From the NCBI RefSeq assembly GCF_004010195.1, contig NC_057719.1, positions 62,684,085 through 62,748,084 of the forward strand: a stretch of 64,000 bases of DNA. Direction: 5' to 3'. The stretch comes from Chiloscyllium plagiosum (taxonomy: Eukaryota). A program made the position numbers and the translations under genes. How positions within the stretch are numbered: position 1 is the first letter of the stretch; the number at the start of each line of letters is the position of its first letter. Below are positions 1 to 12,279 of the stretch, in pieces. The notes beneath the pieces are model-generated. The model was not told where the DNA came from, ran no database searches, and saw only the letters and a program-made list of their open reading frames with translations.

Positions 1-626
1 TTATTGTTGAGGGGAAAGACCACAGGGGATCCCTGCACTGCCTGCTTCCTCCCCTTCCCACCTCAAACTGTTACCCAGCTACCTCTGTTCTCTGGCGTAA
101 CCATGTCCCTGTAGCTTCTATCTATCACCCTTTCAGCCTCTCGAATAATCCTCAGTTCATCCAACTCCAGCTCCAGTTCCCTAACTCGTTCTGTGAGGAG
201 CAGGATCTGACTGCACTTCCTGCAGATGAAGTCGGCAGGAGTATCGGTGGTCACCCCTACCTCAAACATCCTGCAGGAGGAACATTCCACTGCCTGCGCT
301 GCCATTACTCTACACTTCATCTCCATAACAAGAACATTGAGTAGCTTACCTGTGGACTTTAAAGTTAGGTTAGAGGAGGAGGATGGGAGGGAGGCCCTAC
401 TATGTAGGGCCTGGGGTCTAGAACACACCCACTCAAATATCAATCACTTACCTTCCCGACTCGCTCTGCGCTCCAACTTCACTTCCGCCCAGTTCGCGCC
501 GCTCTCTGCTGTGAAAAGACCGTTGGCGTCGAGGTAAGTTCTTAAATATCAATCACTTACCTTCCCGACCAGCTCTGCGCTCCAACTTCACTTCCGCCCA
601 GCTCGTGCCGCTCTCTGCTGTGAAAA
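1..626 (-). mobile_element. 5' end (5'UTR + ORF1 N-terminus) of a CR1-clade LINE continuing off the left edge
   Basis: From the ATG at 305: MAAQAVECSSC...CRKC (zinc-finger pairs), then a leucine-zipper-like stretch (LLLTERVRELELELDELRII). After an in-frame TGA at 63-65 the frame continues GGKGRKQAVQGSPVVFPLNN, typical of CR1 ORF1. Confidence 0.8.
435..626. repeat. Two tandem ~83-bp monomers (435-517, 544-626) in the CR1 5'UTR
   Basis: aaatatcaatcacttaccttcccgac...ctctctgctgtgaaaa repeated at a 109-bp offset with few mismatches; CpG-rich. Confidence 0.9.
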
Positions 627-1230
627 AGGAGAGAGTTTAGTGTAGACCGCCTTCAATGTGAAAGCTGTGGGTGAATAAGAAGCATAAGAGCATAAGACAT
701 TCAACCGATCGAGTCTGCTCTGTCATCCAGCACAATATGGCTGATGGAACACATCGTTGGCCTTTTCCTATATTATCATCATGACCCTTTACACCGTTGG
801 TCATCTAAAATATATCGACTTCTGTTTGAAATATGCTTGAAGGTGAAGCATCCATGACCCTCTAGTGGAGACTTCCAAATATTCACAACCACCCAGCCCC
901 CATCCCTCCCCCCACCCATAAGTAAAATTGACTCCTCATCTCGGTCTGAAAGAAGGATGAAAGAGTTTGAACCAATCTAGACTCTGGAAGGGATTCAGGC
1001 TGCTTTCAGCCATTCCAAATCAAATCTGTGTTTCTCATTCCATTTAGATAGTGTCTTACCCTGTCACTAGCGAAGCAGTGTTGAGAATGTTAGGAGACTT
1101 TAAAAATCCCTGTAGATGTGAATGCAGGTATATGAATTTTGGAATCTAATGTATTTAGATGGCGTTTCTTTTGGGATGAAGGCTGTTCAGGCATCAGTAC
1201 TCTAGAAAGACGTAATGAGCCTTGAGCAAC

Positions 1231-1826
1231 ATAGAGTCATAGAGATGTGCAGCATGGAAACAGGCCCTTCGGTCCAACCCATCCATGCCGACTAGATATC
1301 CCAACCCAATCTAGTCCCACCTGCCAGCACCTGGTCCATATCCCTCCAAATCCTTCCTATTCATATACACATCCAGATGCTTTTTAAATTTTGCAATTGT
1401 ACCAGCCTCGACCACTTCCTCTGGCAGCTCATTCCATACACGTACCACCCTCTGCGTCAAAAAGTTACCTCTTAGGTCTCTTTTATATCTTTCCCCTCTC
1501 ACCCTAAACCTATTCCCTCTAGTTCTGGACTCCCCGACCCCAGGGAAAAGACTTTGTCTATTTACCTTATCCATGCCCTCATAATTTTGTAAACCTCTAT
1601 AAGGTCACCTCCTCAGCCTCCAATGCTCTAGGGAAAACAGCCCCAGCCTGTTCAGCCTCTCCCTACAGCTCAAATCCTCCAACCCTGGCAACATCCTTGC
1701 AAATCTTTTCCGAACCCTTTCAGGTTTCACAACATCTTTCCGATAGGAAGGAGACCAGAATTGCAAGCATACCAAACGCCTTCTTCACTATCCTATCTCC
1801 CTGCGACTCCACTTTGAAGGAGCTAT
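1231..1826 (-). mobile_element. HER1/CR1 LINE 3' fragment
   Basis: ORF 1311..1574 matches the CR1 ORF2 C-terminus (SRTRGNRFRVRG...RVVRVWNELPEEVVEAGTI..FKKHLD). 3' tail ...ctctatgactctat. Internal deletion near 1770. Confidence 0.9.
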
Positions 1827-2554
1827 GTGGTTTCTGCCACATGGAAGATGCCATAAGGGCAGCAGATGCATGGAAGCATCACCAGCTACAATTCCCATCC
1901 GAGCCACTTGTCGTCTTGACTTAGAATTAGTTCAGTATTCCATTCCAATTTGGGGTCATCTGCTCCTCAGATAAGCCTAAATCAAATCTCCAAGTATTTA
2001 TTTAAATAATACTTACTAACAGCATTTAGACGAGACTCTCATAGTAAGTAACTGTGACCTGTGCTGCTCTCATTCCAACCCTCTCTGTCAAATGATTAGT
2101 GAAGTCGCTGTTATATCATTAGCACACCTCAGATGCTCATCTGCATTTTTCTTCAATCCTATGGCTGCATATTCTTTTACAGTCACAGCATCTCCTTTTC
2201 TAAAAGCATTACCAATGAGCCAACATCACAGCAGCAGTTTAAAAAAGGCAACTCACAATGCCCATCTCATCAGCAATTCTAGATGGATAGGAAATACTGA
2301 CCTATACAAGTGATGTTTGAAAGACTGAAACAAAATCATTTATCCAGAAGCTCTGTGTTTTACAAGTTTTCCACATTTTGGCATATTGAGCACTTTGGGC
2401 ACATTGACTGCTTTGGCTATTAATGTCTTATTCACCTAATTATTTTGTCCAGTTCCTTAGAATACCATGGGGGTCACTTTTCAGCAGCGAGCTGAATATG
2501 ACTTGAGCAATATGATATTAGGCCTGCATTATACAGTTTTCAGACCAAAAAAAA

Positions 2555-3330
2555 ACATATAAACTTATGAAGCAGGAGCAGACTATTCAGCTTTTTGAGG
2601 CTGCTCCATCCATTCACTGAGACCATGGGTGTTCTGATTGTAACCACAAATTCCCATTCCTGTCTCCCCCGATAACATTTTCACATCTTGTTTGAGAGAA
2701 TCTATTTACCTCTGCCTTTAAAACAAATCAAGGACTGTGTCCATTAACATTCCAAGAAGAAAATTCCAGAGACTCATTACCCTCCTAGAGAAAGGCATTT
2801 CATTTAATCTCTGTTTTAAATGGATGGTCACTATTTTTGAATCAATGATCCCTGAGTTCAAAGTTTCCTCTCCTGCAACCGTCCAATCTCCTATCTATGT
2901 CAATATACTGCTCCCTACACCATGAGCTTTTATTTTCAGCCAGAACATTTGATGTGCCACCTTATCAACTGTCTTCTGGAAATCTAAGTACAGTACATCG
3001 AGTGTTTGTTCCCCTTTATCCACAGTAGGTGCTAGTTCTTCAAAGAACTCCAATATCTTGGTAAAATGTGAGTTTGTTTTCACTAAACTATGTTAACTGT
3101 GCCTGCTTACTCTAAACTTATACAAGTGCTTTGCTATAACTTTAATACTTTCTAACATGACAGATGTTAAGGTAATTAGCCTGTAATTTCCTGTTTCTGT
3201 ATCTCCCCTTTTTGAATAAAGCAGTTACATTGGGTACCTTCCAATCTAATTGGAGCACTCCAAATCAAGGAAGTTTTGGAAAATTGAAGTCAATACATAG
3301 AGTATTTCAGTACCAGCGTTGTTTTAGATC
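2555..3330 (-). mobile_element. Degraded CR1 LINE fragments (RT + 3' end)
   Basis: ORF 2895..3083 contains DVLYLDFQKTVDKV (CR1 RT YLDFxKAFDKV motif); CR1-type 3'UTR near 2560-2830. Confidence 0.75.
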
Positions 3331-4882
3331 TCCTACCTGTGATTGAATAGCAAAGCCAGCTTTATTTCCTTGTGAGACCACTTAAGTTTTCAACCCTGGG
3401 TCTAACATCATCTGTGCGTTTGGACCATTGATATTTGGTGTTGAGCAATCTAAGTAGTATTCCTTAAAGTTTTTCCGCAAGCTCCAAATTGGTTTTAAAT
3501 TGAGGAGGTGTGTGCAGCCAGTTGCTGTTAGTAATTGGTTGACCCTTCGGAATAGCCAGTATTTCCCCTTCCACTCTTTCTTCTATTCGCCCCCGGACCC
3601 CAATCCCCCAGACTCCCAGCCCACTTGTTCTCCACTTCACAATGAGAAGCACGAGTTGCCCAGGTAAAATGCAGCAGCACTTGGAGTCTGACAGGGCCTT
3701 TGACTGAGGCAGAACCCTCCAAAATAATTCTGCATAAGGGGCTGACATTGTGTCAACCTCTCACCCATTTTGGATCAGAGCCACAAACTGCCTCCCCTTC
3801 ATCGCAAAAAGAACTTGGCTGTTAGATGCAGATGAGACTCAAACTTGCTTTTAAGACTGAAGCTGAACCATGGAAGAATGGTTCCAATTTCCATCTCATT
3901 ACTTTGTGCTCTTAGCTCAGCACTTAATTATTGAAACTGATTGTCTGCCCTTCATTAAGTCAGAATTCTCATTACTTTGAGATCGAAGTTACTCAGGTCA
4001 CCATGACCTCCTCTTGTGCAAACATTGAGTAATTGGGTCTTCCTAATAGCATCCTTCTTGTTCGAGCAGGAGAAGCACTGCTGTAAGAACAGGTTTGTCG
4101 TTGAAAGGACATGAAGCCAATTCTATATTTTAACTGATTAGTGAACAAATGGCACCAACTAATGAGCAAGTGAGCACAGTGAGCTGGCATGTGGAATGTA
4201 AGAAATGACAAGGTGCTGAATAATGTGCCAATTAATTAGGCAATTCAAATTCAATATTGTCTTCTATCTAAAACTTCCATTCCACAACTTTCAGATCCAG
4301 GGACATTAATTTTTAAACTGATTTTAAAAAATTACAAAGAAAAATTAAAAATATGACAGGAATGCTGGATTGTTGATCTCGAAGTTATACAAGGAGTGAG
4401 ATGCATGTTTTAGCTAAATAAATCCTTAGTTAAATCACACTTGGAGTATCGGGACCAGTTCTGAGTGCTGTGCTTAGGAAGAGTCTTTTTTTTTAATTCG
4501 TTCTTGAGATTTAGGCATCTGTGCCTGGGGCGGCATTTTTGCATATCGCTACTTGCCCTTGAGTAGGTGATAGTGAGCTGTCTTTTTGAACTATTGCAGT
4601 CCATTTGGTTTAGGTTATTGATATTGGATAAAGTTTAGCATAGACCTATTAGAATGATGCCTGGGCTTGAGGATTAAATAGTGAGGTGAGATTGTTATAG
4701 ACTAAGGTTGTAATTCATGTAATTTTGATGAATGAATGATTCAAGCAAATTTTCAAGATATTAATCAGAAACTTGAAGTCGACAGAGAGAAACTGTAACC
4801 ATGTGGCTGGTGAAACTAGGACCAGGGACATGGCCACAAATTGAACCAAGCCTGTCATGATTGAAAAGAGTTTTTATTGGTT

Positions 4883-5169
4883 GATTAGATTAGATTCTCT
4901 ACAGTGTGGAAACAGGCCCTTCGGCCCAACAAGTCCACACCGCCCCTCCAAAGAGAAACCCACCCAAACCCATTCCCCTACCCTATGTTTACCCCTGACT
5001 AACGTACCTAACACTGTGGGCAATTTAGCATGGCCAATTCACCTGACCTGCACATCTTGGGATTGTGGGAGGAAACGAGAGCACCCGAAGGGAACCCACA
5101 CAGACTGGCGGGAATCGAACCCAGGACCCTGGTGCTGTAAGGCAGCAGTGCTAACCACTGAGCTGCCCA
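4883..5169 (-). mobile_element. HE1-type tRNA-derived V-SINE
   Basis: Minus strand: gctcagtggttagcactgctgcc (A box), gggttcgattccc (B box), V-domain, HER1-like tail ending in (aatct)n. Confidence 0.85.
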
Positions 5170-5544
5170 ATGTGTACATAGTGTAGAAACTTGCCCAGCT
5201 CCTGGGAACAAGATGAAATGTGGGCAGGTGAAGTTAATTGGATGGAAGGCCAAAATCCAGAATCGAGTTGGTGGGATGCACTTTTGCAGTTAGGCCCTCA
5301 AAACTTTAAAGACAGGTTGAGCTTTTCAACAGCAATATCAGGAAGTCTGTTTATCTATCTTTGTGTCTCCCGAATACTTATTAAAATCCCAGCTCCCCTG
5401 AATTAAGATCCCTCTCCTAATTAAGCAATATAGGTGTTCCCATACCTAACTATATATATAGAAAGTGTTCATCTGACCAGGTTGACACCTCCCTGGACTT
5501 TGAAGGCAGCAACTATTGCTTTGTCCTCTTTGGACATTGTTAAG

Positions 5545-5770
5545 TGTGAGAAACAAAAGCTCACTCACTTCAATAATTTCAGTCCGAGACCAAACATCTG
5601 AAACAGTAGTGCCGTTTATTTGTACACTTGCAAGTGGGTGCAATGTCTAATGCCAGGTAAGGCAATGACAAACACACATCAAATCCAACAAACTCTCGAA
5701 ATTTATACAGTTTGAATCCCCATATTTTTTCTTATTTCAGTGTTTGCCCCCATCCTCCGCTTACGTCACT
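5545..5770 (-). repeat. Truncated ERV 3' LTR (last 226 bp only)
   Basis: Identical to 6495-6720 except at 5689 and 5708; AATAAA at 5615-5620 (-). Confidence 0.9.
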
Positions 5771-5794
5771 TCCCCATGTTCACCTAACCTGATT

Positions 5795-6178
5795 TTATGG
5801 TACGGGGGGAGGCAAACAGTTAAGAGGATCCCAGGGACTAGGTGGGGCAGAGGGGGAATCCTTTGTCTTTACTAACATCATTCCCAACCTGCCCTTCCAA
5901 CAGGACGCATAATCCGCCTCTTCTTGACTAAAAGGTTGTTTTCCATTCACATACAAACCTAAATATTGACAGACCCAATCCTCGTCCGAACCATACTTTG
6001 GCCAGAAGACAGCCGGACGAAGGATTGGTTCTTTGGTCCATACTAAACAACAATATTTAATCATTGTCTTTTTACCTTTTGCCCTTGTACAAGTATTATT
6101 TGTCCAATCCTGCAACATCCTCCCCAACGGACTTTCAGGAGGAATGTTACCGTGACAGCTACTCTGCCTACCCCCCAT
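5795..6178 (-). pseudogene. gag: Truncated retroviral gag (matrix + late-domain region), HERV-I-like
   Basis: 127 aa with an MGxxxS myristoylation motif (MGGRQS). IPPESPLGRML...KKTMIKYCCLVWTKEPILRPAVFWPKYGSDEDWVCQ...SQEEADYASCW closely resembles recalled HERV-I/HERV-IP10-group matrix. PSAP at 5843-5854. Candidate major splice donor AAG|GTAAGA at 6263 upstream. Confidence 0.85.
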
Positions 6179-6475
6179 TTCCAGGGGACCTCGCTAGTCC
6201 CTCAGCGAGTAAATACCTCTTTTCCCAGCCACCAAGGCAATACTTAAAAGTCAGGTTTCTTACCTTGGTCTCTGCACAGAGTTGCCTGGCCCCTTTGTCG
6301 CCGTATCTTCTATCGAGCTCCTATCACTGTCTGATTCAGATGTCTCTCTTGTAGGATTCACACCAGTCACCCAAGGGAGCAGACCAAACCGGGACACGAG
6401 ACCGCTCCTCAATGGGGAACGGGACGTGTCTTCCCATTGTCCAAGGCCAGCCACTCCCCCTGGCGATGGAAGAAA

Positions 6476-6492
6476 ATCCCGAACAGCCCCCA
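6476..6492 (-). other. Primer-binding site complementary to tRNA-Pro 3' end
   Basis: TGGGGGCT-GTTCGGGAT starts 2 nt after the LTR CA; the canonical PBS-Pro is TGGGGGCTCGTCCGGGAT (one deletion, one mismatch). Confidence 0.85.
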
Positions 6493-6494
6493 AT

Positions 6495-7171
6495 TGTGAG
6501 AAACAAAAGCTCACTCACTTCAATAATTTCAGTCCGAGACCAAACATCTGAAACAGTAGTGCCGTTTATTTGTACACTTGCAAGTGGGTGCAATGTCTAA
6601 TGCCAGGTAAGGCAATGACAAACACACATCAAATCCAATAAACTCTCGAAATTTATATAGTTTGAATCCCCATATTTTTTCTTATTTCAGTGTTTGCCCC
6701 CATCCTCCGCTTACGTCACTCATTTCCTTAAGACTGATCCCACAACTTCTGTTTATCCAGCCTTGTCCGTGACAAATGCCTATCTCTGGCCCCCATAAGG
6801 TTGTTTGACGTCATCCCACTGCAGATCACTGCTAGGCATATCCTTTCTTTATCAGCATTTATTCCTCTCCGGAGGCCACTCTGACCTTTATGACCTCTTT
6901 AATTAGGGTTTGTTCCTGTATCCCCATACAAGTGGGAAACCTACTGTTTATACAGGCCTCTCTTTCACAGCATTTTATCTAGTGCCTGTATTTCTACCAT
7001 TGTTTTGTAATCACGTCTCATGCTAACATACCATTTTGTAACGGATTATATATTTCCTCATTCTTGCTAAGTCAGCTCTCGGCCGAAACAATCCCAAACT
7101 AATGTGAATTCATTTACTCTGTATCAGAACTTATAATTGCAGAAATAACATTAATTCACCTATATCCCACA
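6495..7171 (-). promoter_or_regulatory. ERV 5' LTR (677 bp) with CRE, TATA and poly(A) signal
   Basis: Perfect CRE TGACGTCA 6806-6813; CRE-like TGACGTAA 6711-6718; TATATAAA around 6652-6659 (-); AATAAA 6565-6570 (-); ends in CA next to the PBS. Confidence 0.85.
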
Positions 7172-10100
7172 TTAAGAGTGGGTGACAGGAGGCTAGCTTC
7201 CACAGAGGTCCCTGAGGAAGAGAGGCTAGAGAGTAATGGGCATTGATCATGGAGGCTTCCTCAATAAGACAGAAGTCTTAAGCTTGTCTGACCAAAGAAG
7301 GCAGACTGTCTAGGGAGGTGAACCAGACTGATCAGGGAAGGGATGCAGACTCACTGGGGAAGGCACAAAGTCTGATGGGTTAAGGATAGGAGATTCAGAA
7401 TTTTTAGCTGCAGGTGTCTCCTTTGAGGCCCATGATGCTCATACCTTGCAAAGAACGGCTCACTGTCCAGGTGACCCTTTAAATATAGCACCCAGACCTT
7501 TGATCCCAGAGGTACTGGTGGGAGTCGAGGACTTCCTGCCCTTCCCTGCTCCGACATCGGCTGAGCTACTTGCACGGGCAGAAATATAATGACTGGGAAT
7601 CCTGTGATTGCACACGGCAAGTTGACCTGCCCCTGAACAGAAGTGGCATTACTTCATGTCTGACCCCAAACGTTAATTCCACAATGGAAGGTTCTGTCCA
7701 GAGGGTGATAAAAATTTGGAACTCCCCTCTGTGGATGGCAATTGTTGCCTGACTAATCGTCAATGTTAAATCTGCAGTTCACAAATGTGGTAAAGATTGG
7801 AATGTCTGAATTGTCGACTTCTGCCTGTTCTTTTTCTGAGTTTCGTAACATACTAATATGGGAAGCTACAATGCACGTTCCCACTGTCAAACATGGTCCG
7901 TCCATAAAATTTTATGTGGTTTCAGATTCAATTGTGTGATGTACAAGCCAAGATAGTACACTTTAGTTTTGACAATTTAATTTTTTTTGTGCTAAAAGTA
8001 ATCCAATTTATCCAGTAGTTCGAATTATGTGTCACAGATAATTTAGAGAGAAATGTAGTGTTTCACAATGTTGAATTATCAGATTTTAATCATCACTTTA
8101 AACTAAGAAAAACGTTACTTGCACAGCTACTTTGATATACAAACATGATCGTTGTAAGAAGCTATAGAAAAGATGTTAAAACATAAAGGAAACCTGGCTA
8201 CGAGGATGGAGCAGCCACAATAGACTCTTCGATTTTTCACCAAACATGTCGTGTATTGGCTCAGGGAAAAGGATTTGCAACTAAGTTAATTAGTTACCTT
8301 CATTGGCATTGCTGTCATTTCTGACCGATCCTGTCCTCCAGTGACCTACTTCAATGTACCAAGGGCTCCCAAAGAAGTCTTGGTGTAAAATTAACCTTGA
8401 AGCTATATTAATAAAGTGTCAGGATGTTCTGAATTAGCAAAACGATCCGTGGCAGTTCCCACTTTGTTTTCAATTTAATAGTTTTCTTTTTAACTCTGAA
8501 ATATGTTGCATTATTTTCAGTTAAATTTGTATTTCTTCTGTATGCAGTGTGTATTTGAGAATGTGAGACATTCATTACTCTGCTTTGTTTCCTCTATTAC
8601 TTGTGTATAGGATTCCCTTTATTTCATTTTGAAAGTCACAGATGATTATTTTTATGAGATGAGTAAATAGGTAACAGAATTTCTTTTAGCTGTGCAAGGT
8701 CAGAGCTAATTTGATTTCAATGAGAAACTTGTGTAATTTTGTTTCAGTTTTAAGCTACGCATTTCTATTTAGTTTTTGAACAGGATTGCTGTTGTGTACA
8801 TCTCTAAAGTTGCCCCAACATACGTGGATGCAAATGTGTGCCTGTATGTTTGTGCACATGTGCAAGTTCAGGTGCATTTCCATTCATGTCTAAATCTCTG
8901 AAATCCTTAGGTTTGTCAACTCTTTTTGGTGTGTTATTAAATTTTGAGTGCATGACATTTACCGCAGTCAACAAAAGTTATTACATTTATAAACATTGGT
9001 CCCTTGTGGTTTTGTATCTTTGTGGATAATAGTATTTTTTATCTTGAATTTTATTTTAAATGAAGCTTGTTTAAGCTGAAAGAAAATACATGCTGAAAGA
9101 TTCCTGAATGCTGTTCTAAATGTAAAATCAGAGTTCTCAGTTTGTTTCATGCATTTTATTTTTACAGTACATCTATGTTAATGTAGGTTGAAGTTCGTTT
9201 TGTTCTTTTGACAAAGATGCATTTCTCCTTTATTTGAGAATTCCATAATGAATTCATCTTGCAATATGTCCTGGTTTTGGACTTGATCAAAACATAGCGA
9301 TCCTCAATCAGGCCACCCATGCCAATTCCCCTTTGTTGACTTGCCCTCACTGCAGACTTTAGTGAGTTTGCCTTTATGGAATGGGAATTGGAGTCAAGAA
9401 CTGTTTGACACCGGAACTTGAAGCTGTTGTGAGAATCCTGCTCAGAGAAGCTACGAAATCTTGCGTCTTATTCCTGTGTTGCAAATCACCCTGCAACATT
9501 ACCTTCCAGGAGATTTCAGTATAAACCCAAGTGGGAATATCAATCATATTCTTGACCAGAAATCAGCGAAGACTGAGAATCAAACCAAACCTTTATGGTT
9601 CAGTTTGTTATTAAAATAGGATCCAGATGGTAAGGAATGGGGTAACAAAGAATTGTTTTGACAAATTGTATCTAAGTAGACTTCGTGTTTTTATTTTAAA
9701 ATGAGGAAAAATGAAGTTTGATCCAAAGTGAGAGTTTTTGCTTTTTGGTCATGCATCCATGTCAAACCTCTTGCCTGCTTGTTCAAAGAAGACACACTTT
9801 CTCAGTAGGAGTTTCCATGTAACATGAACTGGATGATTTTACATCTGTATCACATTTGGCCAGTTCCTCATGATTTATTTATTTCTAATAGCCACATGCT
9901 GGAAACTAGTAATAAAGAATTCATCCTGTGCTTCTCTCACCTTCACCGCTTGCTCAGTTTTAGTTTGTAGCGGTGTTTTGAAGGATAGCAAGCCAGGAAA
10001 CCTAGGATTGTATGCTGATCATTTAAATATATATCCTGAGCATGACTGCACTACTCAGAAGCCTGACATGTTTTTAATTTTAAAACACAAGCTTTAAGCC

Positions 10101-10519
10101 TGCTGCTACGTTGATGACCAGACGTTGTTAAGTTGAGCGGTATCTAGCAATTACTGGGAACAAAAAACTATGAGTCCATTTGATTTAATTATAGAGATAT
10201 CTTGCATCCAAAATTGATAAGCTACTTAAAACCAGCTTAATGTCAAAAACTCATGTTAGTTTTGAATGGCTGGGCCATGTTAATTGCTCCATAGCGTAAC
10301 TCAATAATGAGTGATCATATTTGACTTGACTTGATAAATCTTTCTGTAACTCTCAATTGTGGAACAAATGTGTCCCACTTCATTCAGCATTAATAACGGC
10401 TGACATTTACAAAACAGCAAGTGGGTGTGTATTTGCAGGGTTAGAAGTAGGCTGCTACTGCTCATGGTAAGACACTGATACAAATTGCACACATTAGATC
10501 CTGTTCTCCCGGGTAACAA

Positions 10520-10695
10520 GTGGCGGATGTGGGTCAAATTGCAATGTTCAAAAGACATTTGGATAGATACATGAGTAAGAAGGGTTTGGAGGGAAATGGA
10601 CCCAAGAGCAGGCAGGTGGGACTAATTTGGAATTATGTTCAGCATGGGCTGGTTGGACTAAAGGGTCTGTTTCCGTGCTGAATGACTGTATAACC
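10520..10695 (+). mobile_element. HER1/CR1 3' terminal fragment
   Basis: aaaagacatttggatagatacatg...gggtctgtttccgtgctgaatgactgtat matches the 3' ends of other HER1 copies in the window. Confidence 0.75.
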
Positions 10696-12279
10696 GTTGT
10701 GATATTTCACATATGTGCATAAAGTTTGAATAAACCTTTCTGCTGGTTGCAGGACCCTATAGAATTCTTATGAATGGCATTACAGGAATTGGATGAATCC
10801 AGCTCTTGTAAGAGGTATGTTATCTACTTAGTTTAAGTAAAGGCCACCAGCCCCACAGGCGCCATTCTGCATTTCTCGTTGGGTCTGTCGCCATTTCTTA
10901 GGTTTCTTCCTGGGGCACAAGATCAATTTGAGAAACAGCTGCAAGTTCCTCTCTGACAACTACAGAATTCTCAGGCAACATGCAGGAGGTCCCCAGCCTA
11001 ATTTTAAATATGAATGCAAATGCCTTGTCTAAAGACTGGCAGTCCACCTCTATTGCCTTGACAATACTGTTTCATAGGTTGAGCATCATTCTTGGAGGGG
11101 GAGGGAGGATAAGCCTCAGTAAATTAAACCTCACTATCTGCTTTGTCAATGTTTAAAAAAAAAAAGAACCAGGTTGTTTCTGTTTCCATCACTTAAGCAG
11201 CCTATTACATTGTCCATTATTTATAGTCCTCTCTATGTATGCATCTTGTCAACAAACTCTAGCATGTGGGTGTGATGTTTGTCTCCACAGATCAATGCAG
11301 TCAGACTGCGAAACCTCCTTATTGCCTTTTGCTGTACTTGTTCAAGAGGCACAATATGCTCCCTATGATGGGGAGAGCAGAATGATGTGTGGTATTTCCT
11401 GGACTCTTACCAAAGCCTGGTAATATGCTTCTTTTTGTGCGCGGAATTATCTGGACAATACAGTCTTAGGAGCTTGGCCTTTCCAGCTGCAATCATTTGC
11501 ACTAGAAGTGTGAGATAGTGATCGATGAACACTGCCAAGTCGCTTTTTTTCTCTCTCTCTCTCTCCTGTGCTGTTACCTTTAGGTAACGCCCATGCAGGT
11601 TTTATTTTTCATATGCGTTATTTATTGAAGGCCATTGGCTAATTTTGGGCAAGTTTCTGAAGCCTATCAACATTGTGTTTACATCTATTTTCTTATTTGG
11701 ATTAGAGCCTATTGTGTTAGGTCTCAATTAGTATGCCCTGCACCTTAAGAGACATGCTCATGATATCATCATCGCCATAGCATTTGACCTGAGGTTATAA
11801 AGGTCTCGTACTCCAACTTAACTGAGGACACTTGAGACGTGGCATGTAGATGGAAGCATGCTCATGTTTCTAACATGTTCATGTATTAGTCCAAACACTG
11901 AGGTGTCTGTAAGTGTAATGCTCATATAAGGAATGAAATAAATGTATGTTGGATGTTTCAGTGCCATTTTATGCACATCTAGTTCTTATGTTATGGGAAC
12001 AAACATAAGCATTGCTGTATCAGGTGCAAATACCCTGCTGAAGGCAAAGCTCCCACTAGTGTAATATTTCATGCTATCTCACATCAGTTAGAACAATGCG
12101 TGAATTTAATGGCCACTATTGAACCTGCTTTCAACGCATATTCAGTAAGTGCATTTCCACATTTTAACCAGTCAATATGCACCTCTCTTCATGCCAGCAT
12201 TGGTTCTTTTGCTGTCACTTTTAAATCAGTGTTTTCTTATCCTCAACACATAGCATTAGGAATAACTTCTGCTAATCTC

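Larger units (their letters stand above)
5545..7171 (-). mobile_element. Internally deleted class I endogenous retrovirus (provirus)
   Basis: TG...CA termini (TGTGGGA.../...TCTCACA on minus); 5-bp TSD TTAAG at 5540-5544 and 7172-7176. Order is LTR, PBS, leader, gag, partial LTR. The 226-bp direct repeat 5545-5770 / 6495-6720 has 2 mismatches. Confidence 0.92.

Noticed and set aside
5446..6600. Paired ORFs beginning MHPLASVQINGTTV (5446..5643, 6336..6593) as duplicated genes
   Set aside because: They are chance frames in the two LTR copies and diverge exactly at the LTR boundary.
5180..7700. Older DNA-transposon-like host element flanking the provirus (5180-5539, 7177-7700)
   Set aside because: No clear terminal inverted repeats or TSD could be identified.
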